In this document: positions 1 through 6,699 of the stretch, piece by piece
How the letters are laid out: the number at the start of each line of letters is the position of its first letter
Position numbering within the stretch: the stretch's first letter is position 1
NCBI GenBank assembly: GCA_045545475.1
Contig: JAZQAZ010000001.1
Span: 1-21,743 of the forward strand
Length of the DNA: 21,743 bases
Direction of reading: 5' to 3'
Source: Clostridia bacterium
GTDB taxonomy: Bacteria; Bacillota; Clostridia; CAKSNL01; HGM11501
Program-made: the position numbers and the translations under genes
Notes under the pieces: generated by a model
Told to the model about the DNA's origin: nothing
Database searches by the model: none
What the model saw: only the letters and a program-made list of their open reading frames with translations

Positions 1-2
1 TT

Positions 3-317
3 GAGAAAGTCCCGGCAATAGAGGGAGATACCTATAAGGCTCTCTATAAGTACTTAAATATTCTTGAAAGCGAGTATGGGAAAGACAGAGACCTGGATAA
101 AGACGATGGCGGTTACGTTCTCTATGCGGAGAGAGGAACAACGACTGACGAACTTGAGACATACTTTGATTATTCGCGCTATATTCTTGAGTTTGCGGAG
201 GGTAGTGATAGCGGTGAAATGATAACCGCAGTCTACCTGCTTGGAAATGATTACGGAGTTGTCATAGTAATGCACAGGGATGATGCTCCTGAAGAAATCT
301 TAAAAGAAATGGAGTGA
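3..317 (+). CDS. Hypothetical protein, 5'-truncated by the window edge
   Basis: Frame 3 is open from the window start to TGA 315-317 (EKVPAIEGDTYKALYKYLNILESEYGKDRDLDKDDGGYVLY...EEILKEME*). It abuts the next gene in the same direction and is absent from the ORF track because its start lies outside the window. Confidence 0.8.
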   Translation, partial: EKVPAIEGDTYKALYKYLNILESEYGKDRDLDKDDGGYVLYAERGTTTDELETYFDYSRYILEFAEGSDSGEMITAVYLLGNDYGVVIVMHRDDAPEEILKEME

Positions 318-322
318 GGTTA

Positions 323-583
323 ATGTTTGGATTCCCGTCAGAAAAGATAGTCGAAGAACTAAGGAAAGAATACCCGGAAGGTACAAGAGTTGCCCTTGTG
401 AAGATGGACGATCCCTATTCAAAGTTAGTCCCGGGAGACAGAGGAACAGTTAAGTATGTGGATGATGCGGGGACAATACACGTAAGATGGGATTGCGGAA
501 GTAGCCTTGGAGTGGCATATGGAGAAGATGCTTGCAGAAAGCTTAACGAAAAAGAAATCGAGGAGGAGCAGAATGAGATATAA
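323..583 (+). CDS. DUF4314 domain protein
   Basis: YPEGTRVALVKMDDPY...GDRGTVKYVDDAGTIHVRWDCGSSLGVAYGED matches the DUF4314 signature common in Clostridial ICEs/prophages. ATG 323 follows GGAGTGAGG. Confidence 0.85.
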   Translation: MFGFPSEKIVEELRKEYPEGTRVALVKMDDPYSKLVPGDRGTVKYVDDAGTIHVRWDCGSSLGVAYGEDACRKLNEKEIEEEQNEI

Positions 584-737
584 GGTAAAGATACGTGAGA
601 CACTTGAAAGGACAGTTGAAGTAAGTGCAAAAAATGAAGAGGAAGCTATAAAGAAGGTAAGAAAGCTGTACGATAAATGTAGTATAGTCTTAACGGCTGA
701 TGATTTCGATAATGTAAAATTTATAATTAAAGATTAA
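573..737 (+). CDS. DpnD/PcfM-like small protein (54 aa)
   Basis: AGGAGG at 561-566, then ATG 573. MRYKVKIRETLERTVEVSAKNEEEAIKKVRKLY...IVLTADDF fits the DpnD/PcfM pattern. Confidence 0.8.
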   Translation: MRYKVKIRETLERTVEVSAKNEEEAIKKVRKLYDKCSIVLTADDFDNVKFIIKD

Positions 738-753
738 GAAAGGAAAGATAGTA

Positions 754-1452
754 ATGATAACTGAGAAAGATACAATAAAATGTGAGGCAATATTCAACGA
801 TGAACATACACACCGCTTTTTGTGGAGAAGAGTGTGGAACAAGGACAAGCCTATGGCAACGGTAGTTATGCTTAATCCTTGTCATGCAGATAACGTCATA
901 ACCGACACAACGACGGCGCTTGTCGTGAACAACGTCGCAAGACTTGAAAAATACGGTGGCGTAAACATAGTTAACTTGTACTCAATGCTGACAAGCAAGC
1001 TTGATTTTCGTCATAATTCTGAGGAAGACCTTAGCCCGATATGTATCTTACATTTTCCCGAACTTAAGATGTATGCATATACTTCAACAGAAGATATGTT
1101 GTTCAAATCTGCAATTGACTATGCCCCTTTGCTAAATGAGGTCAAAAAGGGTGGGTTTGAACAGATAAATATAAATGAGGGCGAAATATTGAATATATGT
1201 AACGACGGAACCCTTGAGAGGAAAAGCTTTACATACAGAGACTATTACGGAAGGCATTGGTGGGATTTCGGGCTGTACGATGATAAACCGAGTTCAAAAA
1301 GTACGGTAGAAAAAGAATACATAGAGGATTTGAAGAGTGTAGCCGCCTTCCAGGGCTATGACCCAAGCGATATTGATGAGCTTATTGAGGCTGGATTTTC
1401 GCTGTGGGAAATCGAGGACTACATATATTATGGGGTAGATGTGGAGATGTAA
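754..1452 (+). CDS. Chimeric ORF: DUF1643 N-terminal part fused to a C-terminal part resembling mobile-element class II glutamine amidotransferases (probable deletion scar)
   Basis: Residues 1-93 carry DUF1643 motifs (HRFLWRRVW, VMLNPCHAD, GGVNIVNLYS). From about residue 94 (SPICILHF...YTSTEDML...EGEILNI...EYIEDLKSVAAFQGYDPSDIDELIEAGFSLWEIEDYIY) the sequence resembles the tail of Clostridial ICE GATase-II proteins, but the N-terminal catalytic Cys domain is absent. Confidence 0.6.
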   Translation: MITEKDTIKCEAIFNDEHTHRFLWRRVWNKDKPMATVVMLNPCHADNVITDTTTALVVNNVARLEKYGGVNIVNLYSMLTSKLDFRHNSEEDLSPICILHFPELKMYAYTSTEDMLFKSAIDYAPLLNEVKKGGFEQININEGEILNICNDGTLERKSFTYRDYYGRHWWDFGLYDDKPSSKSTVEKEYIEDLKSVAAFQGYDPSDIDELIEAGFSLWEIEDYIYYGVDVEM

Positions 1453-1469
1453 AAACAAAGAAAAGCGTA

Positions 1470-1498
1470 TTGATTTTTTCTGTTTTATGTAGTATAAT
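1470..1498 (+). promoter_or_regulatory. SigA-type promoter for the Fic gene
   Basis: TTGATT (1470-1475), 17-bp spacer, TATAAT (1493-1498). Confidence 0.65.
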
Positions 1499-1540
1499 TT
1501 AAGTAAATACGCAAGATAATACTTATGAGAGGTGAATTCT

Positions 1541-2533
1541 ATGGGGAAATACACACCGCCATTTAATATTACAAATGAGATGCTTTCACTTGTTTCAAGC
1601 ATATCTGAAAAGGTTGGAAAGATGAGCGTTACAAGAAATCTTGAAAGTAAGCCACATTTGAGAAAAAACAGCAGAATCAAGTCAATTCATTCTTCGCTCA
1701 GGATAGAAGCAAATTCTTTGACACTCGGGCAAGTGAGGGATGTTATTAACGGAAGGATGGTTCTGGGAGAACAAAAAGAAATTCAGGAAGTAAAGAATGC
1801 TTATGATGCTTATGAAAAACTTTCCGGACTTAATCCTTTTGATATTGAGGAACTGAAAAAGATGCATGGCATAATGACAAAGTATCTTATTGATGAATCC
1901 GGCGAATTTCGTAAGGGTGAAGAAGGTGTATTTAGCGGAGATAAATGCATCTTTATGGCACCGCCTGCACGACTTGTTCCTGAACTTATGGATAGTCTCT
2001 TCGACTGGATTAATCGCTGCAAAGATGAAGTGCATCCTCTTATTATGGCGAGCGTATTTCATTATGAGTTTGTATTCATACATCCCTTTTCGGACGGAAA
2101 TGGTAGAATGGCACGATTATGGCACAGCGCATTCTTAACAAAATGGAACCCGTTGTTTGAATACATTCCTATAGAAAGCCAGATTGAGAAATTTCAGGAA
2201 GAGTATTATGAGGCTATAGCTAAATGTCATACAGAAGGTAATTCGAATACATTTATTCTGTTTATTTTGAAACAGATTGATAAGATATTGAGTGAAATTT
2301 CAGGACAGATTGCTCTTGGCGATGAAAATATATCTGAATATGTAAAAAGACTTCTTGATGTTATGGAATACGATACTCCGTATACTCTGTCTGTGCTTAT
2401 GGATATGCTTGAACTTAAGTCAAAGGAAACTATGAGAAGACATTATATTCATCCGGCGCTTGAACTTAATCTTATACAAATGACTCTTCCGGATAAATCT
2501 CATAGCCGTAATCAAAGATATATAAAGAAGTAA
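1541..2533 (+). CDS. Fic family protein (putative AMPylase) with C-terminal HTH-like domain
   Basis: Canonical Fic motif HPFSDGNGRMAR. N-terminal SSLRIEAN resembles the autoinhibitory (S/T)xxxE helix of class II Fic proteins. ATG 1541 follows GAGAGGTG. Confidence 0.93.
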   Translation: MGKYTPPFNITNEMLSLVSSISEKVGKMSVTRNLESKPHLRKNSRIKSIHSSLRIEANSLTLGQVRDVINGRMVLGEQKEIQEVKNAYDAYEKLSGLNPFDIEELKKMHGIMTKYLIDESGEFRKGEEGVFSGDKCIFMAPPARLVPELMDSLFDWINRCKDEVHPLIMASVFHYEFVFIHPFSDGNGRMARLWHSAFLTKWNPLFEYIPIESQIEKFQEEYYEAIAKCHTEGNSNTFILFILKQIDKILSEISGQIALGDENISEYVKRLLDVMEYDTPYTLSVLMDMLELKSKETMRRHYIHPALELNLIQMTLPDKSHSRNQRYIKK

Positions 2534-2546
2534 AACTATAATACAG

Positions 2547-2587
2547 ATCTCCTCGGTGATGTAATATCAACGAGGAGATTATTTTTT
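2547..2587 (+). terminator. Rho-independent terminator after the Fic gene
   Basis: ATCTCCTCG-GTGAT / ATCAA-CGAGGAGAT stem followed by TATTTTTT. Confidence 0.75.
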
Positions 2588-2614
2588 GCGTATAGTCGTT
2601 GATTTTTTTGTAGC

Positions 2615-2625
2615 TGTGATATAAT
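2615..2625 (+). promoter_or_regulatory. Extended -10 promoter for the 2660 ORF
   Basis: TGTGATATAAT (TRTGnTATAAT) lies upstream of an AGGAG SD and ATG 2660. Confidence 0.6.
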
Positions 2626-2659
2626 AAAAGAGTATAGAAAAAAGGATAGGAGTGAAAAT

Positions 2660-2887
2660 ATGGGAAAATATAAATCAATAAGAAAATTGGCTGATGAACA
2701 AGACGCTATGATAAAACATATAGAAAGATATCTGCAGAATTGCTTTGAGGCTTTAGGAGTTCCTTTGAGCGAGTTTAATAGCGTTAAAGATATAAAAAAT
2801 AATAAAGGATATAAAATAAATGAAGAATTAGAAGAACTGATAATGCATGATACGGGAATATCTATGAATTGCCAAATAAAAAAGTGA
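2660..2887 (+). CDS. Hypothetical protein (75 aa); possibly the N-terminal half of a frameshifted 165-aa gene
   Basis: Has its own promoter and SD, is very AT-rich, and ends ATA AAA AAG TGA. Confidence 0.6.
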   Translation: MGKYKSIRKLADEQDAMIKHIERYLQNCFEALGVPLSEFNSVKDIKNNKGYKINEELEELIMHDTGISMNCQIKK

Positions 2888-3156
2888 TTAAAAAAATTAT
2901 CAAACATGAATTTCCAGGCGAAGACTGTAAGCTAGACCCTAAAAAGGCGCAAGTGCTTATATGTAAAACGGTAAAACAATTTATATTAGAAAACTTTAAT
3001 GATAAGATTTTTATTGTTAGAGGAGAGGCAAATATTAATATAGTCGACTATAGATTTGCAAATGATAAAACTGTTCGCCATTTCAACCAAATAATTTTGA
3101 ATAATAGTCATTCTTTGGTGTTGAGAGTAAAGAAACAACTAAGCAAAATGATATAA
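2869..3156 (+). CDS. Hypothetical protein (about 90 aa) in the -1 frame relative to 2660-2887; start uncertain (TTG 2869, GTG 2884, or reached by frameshift)
   Basis: A 95-codon open frame in very AT-rich DNA with only a weak SD. Confidence 0.5.
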   Translation: MPNKKVIKKIIKHEFPGEDCKLDPKKAQVLICKTVKQFILENFNDKIFIVRGEANINIVDYRFANDKTVRHFNQIILNNSHSLVLRVKKQLSKMI

Positions 3157-3464
3157 GAGATGTTTGAATGAAAATTAGTTAAGAGGGTATGCATGATGTG
3201 AATAAAGAGTCTTGGAATGTGCGAATGATGTACCTCGAAATTGTACTGCGACCACATATTGAATGAAAGACTAGCAAATGGTTGGTAACGGGATGATGTA
3301 CTTTCATTTGCGATGCATGGCAAAAATAAGCACAGTTAAACATATGAAAAAATAGTATAAATTTATAGTCGAACTCACGGATGGATTTCCTCACCATCCC
3401 GGCTACCACACCCGACACACCAAGGCTATCCATATAGCAAATGACTCTATAATGAAAGGTGAAG

Positions 3465-3478
3465 CGTCGCCTCCACCA
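3465..3478 (+). mobile_element. Possible attR core: tmRNA/tRNA-Ala-like 3' end fragment CGTCGCCTCCACCA
   Basis: CGCCTCC-ACCA would pair with a GGGGGCG acceptor 5' strand including G3:U70. No T-arm lies upstream. It sits between mobile-element-type genes and metabolic genes. Confidence 0.4.
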
Positions 3479-3508
3479 TTCATTTCCACGTCACGTGGGA
3501 AATTACAG

Positions 3509-3561
3509 AAATACCCCTCTTGGCCAACATTTACTGGTCAAGAGGGGTATTTGTTTGTCTT
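3509..3561 (+). terminator. Strong hairpin / Rho-independent terminator
   Basis: AAATACCCCTCTTGGCCA (3509-3526) pairs with TGGTCAAGAGGGGTATTT (3535-3552): 18 bp with one G-U pair, followed by GTTTGTCTT. Confidence 0.7.
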
Positions 3562-3602
3562 ACCGAGGATATCCATAAACAGGGATATTTTGCGGAAAAA
3601 AC

Positions 3603-3741
3603 CTATTTTACCGACGATATCGAGGCTGTGTCTCCTTAACAAAGCTTACGGCAAGGATAGCAACGGAGTGCGAATCAAAAGCAGAAGGAAATGTTCCTTC
3701 TGCTTTTTGGATTTTCAAGGGCAAAAATGTCGGTAAAGTAG
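3603..3741. repeat. 139-bp segment bounded by 13-bp imperfect inverted repeats (MITE-like)
   Basis: CTATTTTACCGAC (3603-3615) versus GTCGGTAAAGTAG (3729-3741), 12/13 complementary, with an internal 14-bp perfect hairpin. Confidence 0.4.
3677..3707. terminator. Bidirectional terminator-like hairpin downstream of the AraC gene
   Basis: AAAAGCAGAAGGAA-ATG-TTCCTTCTGCTTTT is a perfect 14-bp stem with T-tracts on both strands. Confidence 0.6.
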
Positions 3742-3775
3742 TACTTAAAGTTAAATAAAAAAAGTGGCTGATTTT

Positions 3776-3799
3776 TGATGTGACCCCAAAAAGTTAGAC
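3776..3799 (+). mobile_element. Orphan IS3-family (IS150/IS861-like) terminal inverted repeat
   Basis: TGATGTGACCCCAAAAAGTTAGAC starts with TG and resembles the TG..(T/C)GACCCCAAAA(A)GTTAGAC ends I recall from Firmicute IS3-family elements. No partner repeat or transposase was seen. Confidence 0.5.
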
Positions 3800-3805
3800 T
3801 TTTTA

Positions 3806-4579
3806 TTACTGCTTATAGTATTTTTTATAATGCTTGTAAAAGCAGGAATAGTTACCGAAACCGCTGTTTGCCGAGGCGTTTGCCATAGTTTCTCCCTGCA
3901 AAATAAGCTTATGAGCAACGGATAACCGCTTTTTCGTAATGTATTTATATACCGAAATTTTAAGTTCCCTGCTGAATTTGTGGGCAAGAGTGGAAGGAGA
4001 TACATAAAGGGTTTTGGCAATGCTTTCCACCGACAAATTTTCGGCATAATTTTCATCTATGATGGCTAAAGCACGGCTCACCATAGGGGATATATTTAAG
4101 TTAGAACTAAATTCTGCTGAAGGATGAAGCTTTAAGTGCACCAGAAGCTGAACCAAAGCGGAGTTAATGTGAAGCTCTTTTTCATCATCGGTAAGGTCGC
4201 TTTTAATGCTTTCGGCAAGGGAATTAAAGATGCCTACAATTTTTTCATCAGGCTCGGATATAACTTTTATGGTATCCATAACTTCTTTTGTAAGGCGGGA
4301 AAGCTCCTCGCTTTCACGAAATCCCAAAATGCACCTTACATAAGTTTTTGGGTGGCTTACGCAAAACTGATGGAAATTTTCTTTGGGAATTAATATTATA
4401 CTGCCCGGAGCAAGGTCCTGCTGAATGTTTTTTGAAATGAGGTAGGATTCACCCTCAATAAAAAAGACAAATTCATTATAGTCGTGAAACTCCTGTTCCT
4501 TTACAGCAGGGTCGCCTTTTGCATATTTAAGGTGAAACTTATCGTTTTCAAGATAGTATTCAAATAAATTTTCCAACAT
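3806..4579 (-). CDS. AraC family transcriptional regulator with N-terminal cupin sensor
   Basis: Cupin motifs HDYNEFVFFIEG...LIPKENFH and AraC double HTH (LSVESIAKTLYVSPSTLAHKF...SGFGNYSCFYKHYKK). GGGAGG SD. Confidence 0.95.
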   Translation of the reverse strand: MLENLFEYYLENDKFHLKYAKGDPAVKEQEFHDYNEFVFFIEGESYLISKNIQQDLAPGSIILIPKENFHQFCVSHPKTYVRCILGFRESEELSRLTKEVMDTIKVISEPDEKIVGIFNSLAESIKSDLTDDEKELHINSALVQLLVHLKLHPSAEFSSNLNISPMVSRALAIIDENYAENLSVESIAKTLYVSPSTLAHKFSRELKISVYKYITKKRLSVAHKLILQGETMANASANSGFGNYSCFYKHYKKYYKQ

Positions 4580-4667
4580 TACCGCCTCCCTTCAATAAAG
4601 AATAGCATAACTTTGCAGGAATTGCAATATATTATGCACATTTTGCTATTTAATTTGTATTATTAGC

Positions 4668-4676
4668 TGATATAAT
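4668..4676 (+). promoter_or_regulatory. Extended -10 promoter of the aldolase operon
   Basis: TGATATAAT with no consensus -35 at 17 bp, consistent with activation by the divergent AraC. GAGGAGG SD lies before ATG 4696. Confidence 0.55.
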
Positions 4677-4695
4677 AGTAGTTGAGGAGGTTAAA

Positions 4696-5469
4696 ATGAA
4701 TTTATTAAAGAAAAAAATTGAAAACAAAGAAAAAATATTGGGAACCTTGGTAAGCCTGACGGACCCTTGCTTATGTGAAATTATGGGAAACATCGGGTAC
4801 GATTGTGTATGGATTGACACGGAGCATACATATATGAGCTATAAAGATGTTTTGTGCCATCTTAACGGAGCAAGATCGGCAAATATTCCGGCGGTAGTTC
4901 GTCTACCTCAGGATGACCTTACGGAAACAAAAAGAATTTTGGAAATGGGCCCCGATGGTATAATTTTCCCAATGGTAAAATCTTTTGATGAAATTAAAAG
5001 GCTTATTGAAACCACTTTGTACCCTCCTTTTGGGACAAGAGGGTTCGGACCACTTAGGGCAATAGGCTACGGAAAAACCGATGCGGCAGAATATGTAAAA
5101 GAAAAAAGCTTTGATATGGTAAGACTAATTCAGATTGAGCATATCGATATGATTGACAGTTTAGAAGAAATAGTAAAAATTCCTTATATTGACGGATTTA
5201 TTTTCGGTCCCAACGATTTGTCCGGTTCGCTTAATGACTTCTTAAATGTTTACGGGGACAAGACTATGTCTGAAATTAAACGAGCCGTAAATATTTTAAG
5301 AAAACACGGAAAAGTAACAGGACTTGCAGGCGGAATGAGCGAAAATGATATAAAAACCTGGTCGGATTTAGATTTTGATATGCTTTTTTGCGGTGCGGAT
5401 TGGTGCTTTATTTATAATCAAGGTAAAAACACTTTGGAAACCATGAAAAAATATAAAAAGGAGAAATAA
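4696..5469 (+). CDS. HpcH/HpaI family class II pyruvate aldolase (2-keto-3-deoxy sugar-acid aldolase-like)
   Basis: Motifs WIDTEH, VVRLP (catalytic Arg), YPPFGTRGFG, LIQIE and FIFGPNDLS (metal ligands). Confidence 0.92.
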   Translation: MNLLKKKIENKEKILGTLVSLTDPCLCEIMGNIGYDCVWIDTEHTYMSYKDVLCHLNGARSANIPAVVRLPQDDLTETKRILEMGPDGIIFPMVKSFDEIKRLIETTLYPPFGTRGFGPLRAIGYGKTDAAEYVKEKSFDMVRLIQIEHIDMIDSLEEIVKIPYIDGFIFGPNDLSGSLNDFLNVYGDKTMSEIKRAVNILRKHGKVTGLAGGMSENDIKTWSDLDFDMLFCGADWCFIYNQGKNTLETMKKYKKEK

Positions 5470-5471
5470 AA

Positions 5472-6539
5472 ATGAGTATTGAAATTAAAAGAAAAAACTA
5501 TACGGTAAAGCTTGATGACCCTGTGATGTACGTTGATAACGAAAGCAGACATAGAAGCGGACATATGAGCCACGCTTTGGCTCAGTGGGCGCCCAATAAA
5601 TTTATAGATTTTAATTCCAATGTATCGGCAGAAAAATGGGGCGGTCACACAGCATTCGGATGGATTGAATACAGAATATCCGAAGACGGCGGTGAAACCT
5701 ATTCCGATGTTTATGAGCTTCCTTATTCCAAAGAGGCTTTTTACGATGGCGTATATGCAATAGGCGTTGAAAAGGCTGTTGCCTGCGACGACGGAAGAAT
5801 TGTTGCATTTTGCTTAAGAAACGATTCGGGTAAAGGTTGCACCCCCTGGGATACACCTATGGTAGTTACAAGCTTGGATTCAGGAAAAACCTGGACAAAG
5901 GAAAAAGAACTTTGCCCTTATAAAGGCAGAGTTTATGATGCCTGCTATTATGAGGGCGAAATATATGTGCTTGAATTCTGTAACGATGCAACGGTTAATT
6001 ACGTCGGTGTATCGGAGGAGCATTTATACCGCATATTCAAGAGCAAGGATAACGGCGAAACCTTCGAAGAATTTTGCGTAGTGCCTGTTCCGACAGAGGG
6101 AAGATGCTATGGCTCAATGCTTTTTGACGACGATGGAAAGCTTCACGTATATGCATATAATGTAAACGATGAACGTCATATGGACCATATAGTGTCCACC
6201 GATAAGGGCGTAACATGGGGCGAGGCTGAAACCTGCTATCTTGATAAGGGTATTCGCAATCCTCAGACAAATCAGATGGACGGAATATATATTCTTCACG
6301 GAAGAAAAGGTGATAACCTTGCTGATGTTGAAAGAGGCTTTGTTTTATATACCTCCGAAGACGGCTATAATTGGGACGAAGGTACTCATATAGGCCACGT
6401 TGGAGGCGGATGCTATTATTCAAACAACTTGGTATTAAAAGATAAAAACGGAAATAACCGTCTGCTTATACAGTATTCAGAGTGTTATAAAGGTAACCGT
6501 GTAAATGTTAAACATACGTGGCTTACAATAGAAAAGTAA
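5472..6539 (+). CDS. BNR/Asp-box beta-propeller protein (sialidase/GH33-like fold), no signal peptide
   Basis: Five Asp-boxes: SEDGGETY, SLDSGKTW, SKDNGETF, STDKGVTW, SEDGYNW. Starts 2 nt after the aldolase stop. Confidence 0.85.
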   Translation: MSIEIKRKNYTVKLDDPVMYVDNESRHRSGHMSHALAQWAPNKFIDFNSNVSAEKWGGHTAFGWIEYRISEDGGETYSDVYELPYSKEAFYDGVYAIGVEKAVACDDGRIVAFCLRNDSGKGCTPWDTPMVVTSLDSGKTWTKEKELCPYKGRVYDACYYEGEIYVLEFCNDATVNYVGVSEEHLYRIFKSKDNGETFEEFCVVPVPTEGRCYGSMLFDDDGKLHVYAYNVNDERHMDHIVSTDKGVTWGEAETCYLDKGIRNPQTNQMDGIYILHGRKGDNLADVERGFVLYTSEDGYNWDEGTHIGHVGGGCYYSNNLVLKDKNGNNRLLIQYSECYKGNRVNVKHTWLTIEK

Positions 6540-6550
6540 AAAAGTTAAAT

Positions 6551-6595
6551 AAAAAACTACTCGAGCTTTTAAAAAGCTTGAGCAGTTTTTTATTT
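6551..6595 (+). terminator. Rho-independent terminator
   Basis: AAAAAACTACTCGAGCTTTT / AAAAGCTTGAGCAGTTTTTT imperfect stem with a T-tract. Confidence 0.75.
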
Positions 6596-6699
6596 CAATT
6601 CATATTCTGCGTTTTTAAAGATGTTGCAAGTAGAACTCATAACATTCTAGCGATATAATAAGTAATCACAAATATATAAGAAGAAAAGAGGAGATAAAA

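Noticed and set aside
507-572. Upstream extension of the DpnD/PcfM ORF, and similar extensions at 314, 1532, 7727, 9448 and 18557
   Set aside because: Better SD-ATG pairs lie downstream (573, 323, 1541, 7748, 9463, 18590).
1541-2533. Fic gene as part of a toxin-antitoxin pair
   Set aside because: It has its own promoter and terminator, no adjacent antitoxin ORF, and an internal inhibitory-like motif; it looks like an ordinary stand-alone class II Fic.
2582-2593. TTTTTTGCGTA matching the last repeat of the 21609-21688 array
   Set aside because: A single copy that is part of a terminator T-tract; expected by chance in AT-rich DNA.
3366-3405. Minus-strand AGCCGGGATGG...GAAA...GTTCGACTAT as group II intron domain V or a tRNA T-arm
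   Set aside because: The AGCCG does not pair with a closing CGGTT as domain V requires, there is no domain VI or RT, and no T-stem or cloverleaf forms around GTTCGA.
3179-3433. Minus-strand 84-aa ORF (MDSLGVSGVVAGMV...) as a type I toxin
   Set aside because: No SD near its ATG, the hydrophobic stretch is too short for a transmembrane helix, and the length does not fit Fst/Ldr-type toxins.
3452-3736. 94-aa plus-strand ORF
   Set aside because: No SD, runs through two terminator-like hairpins, and has non-protein-like composition.
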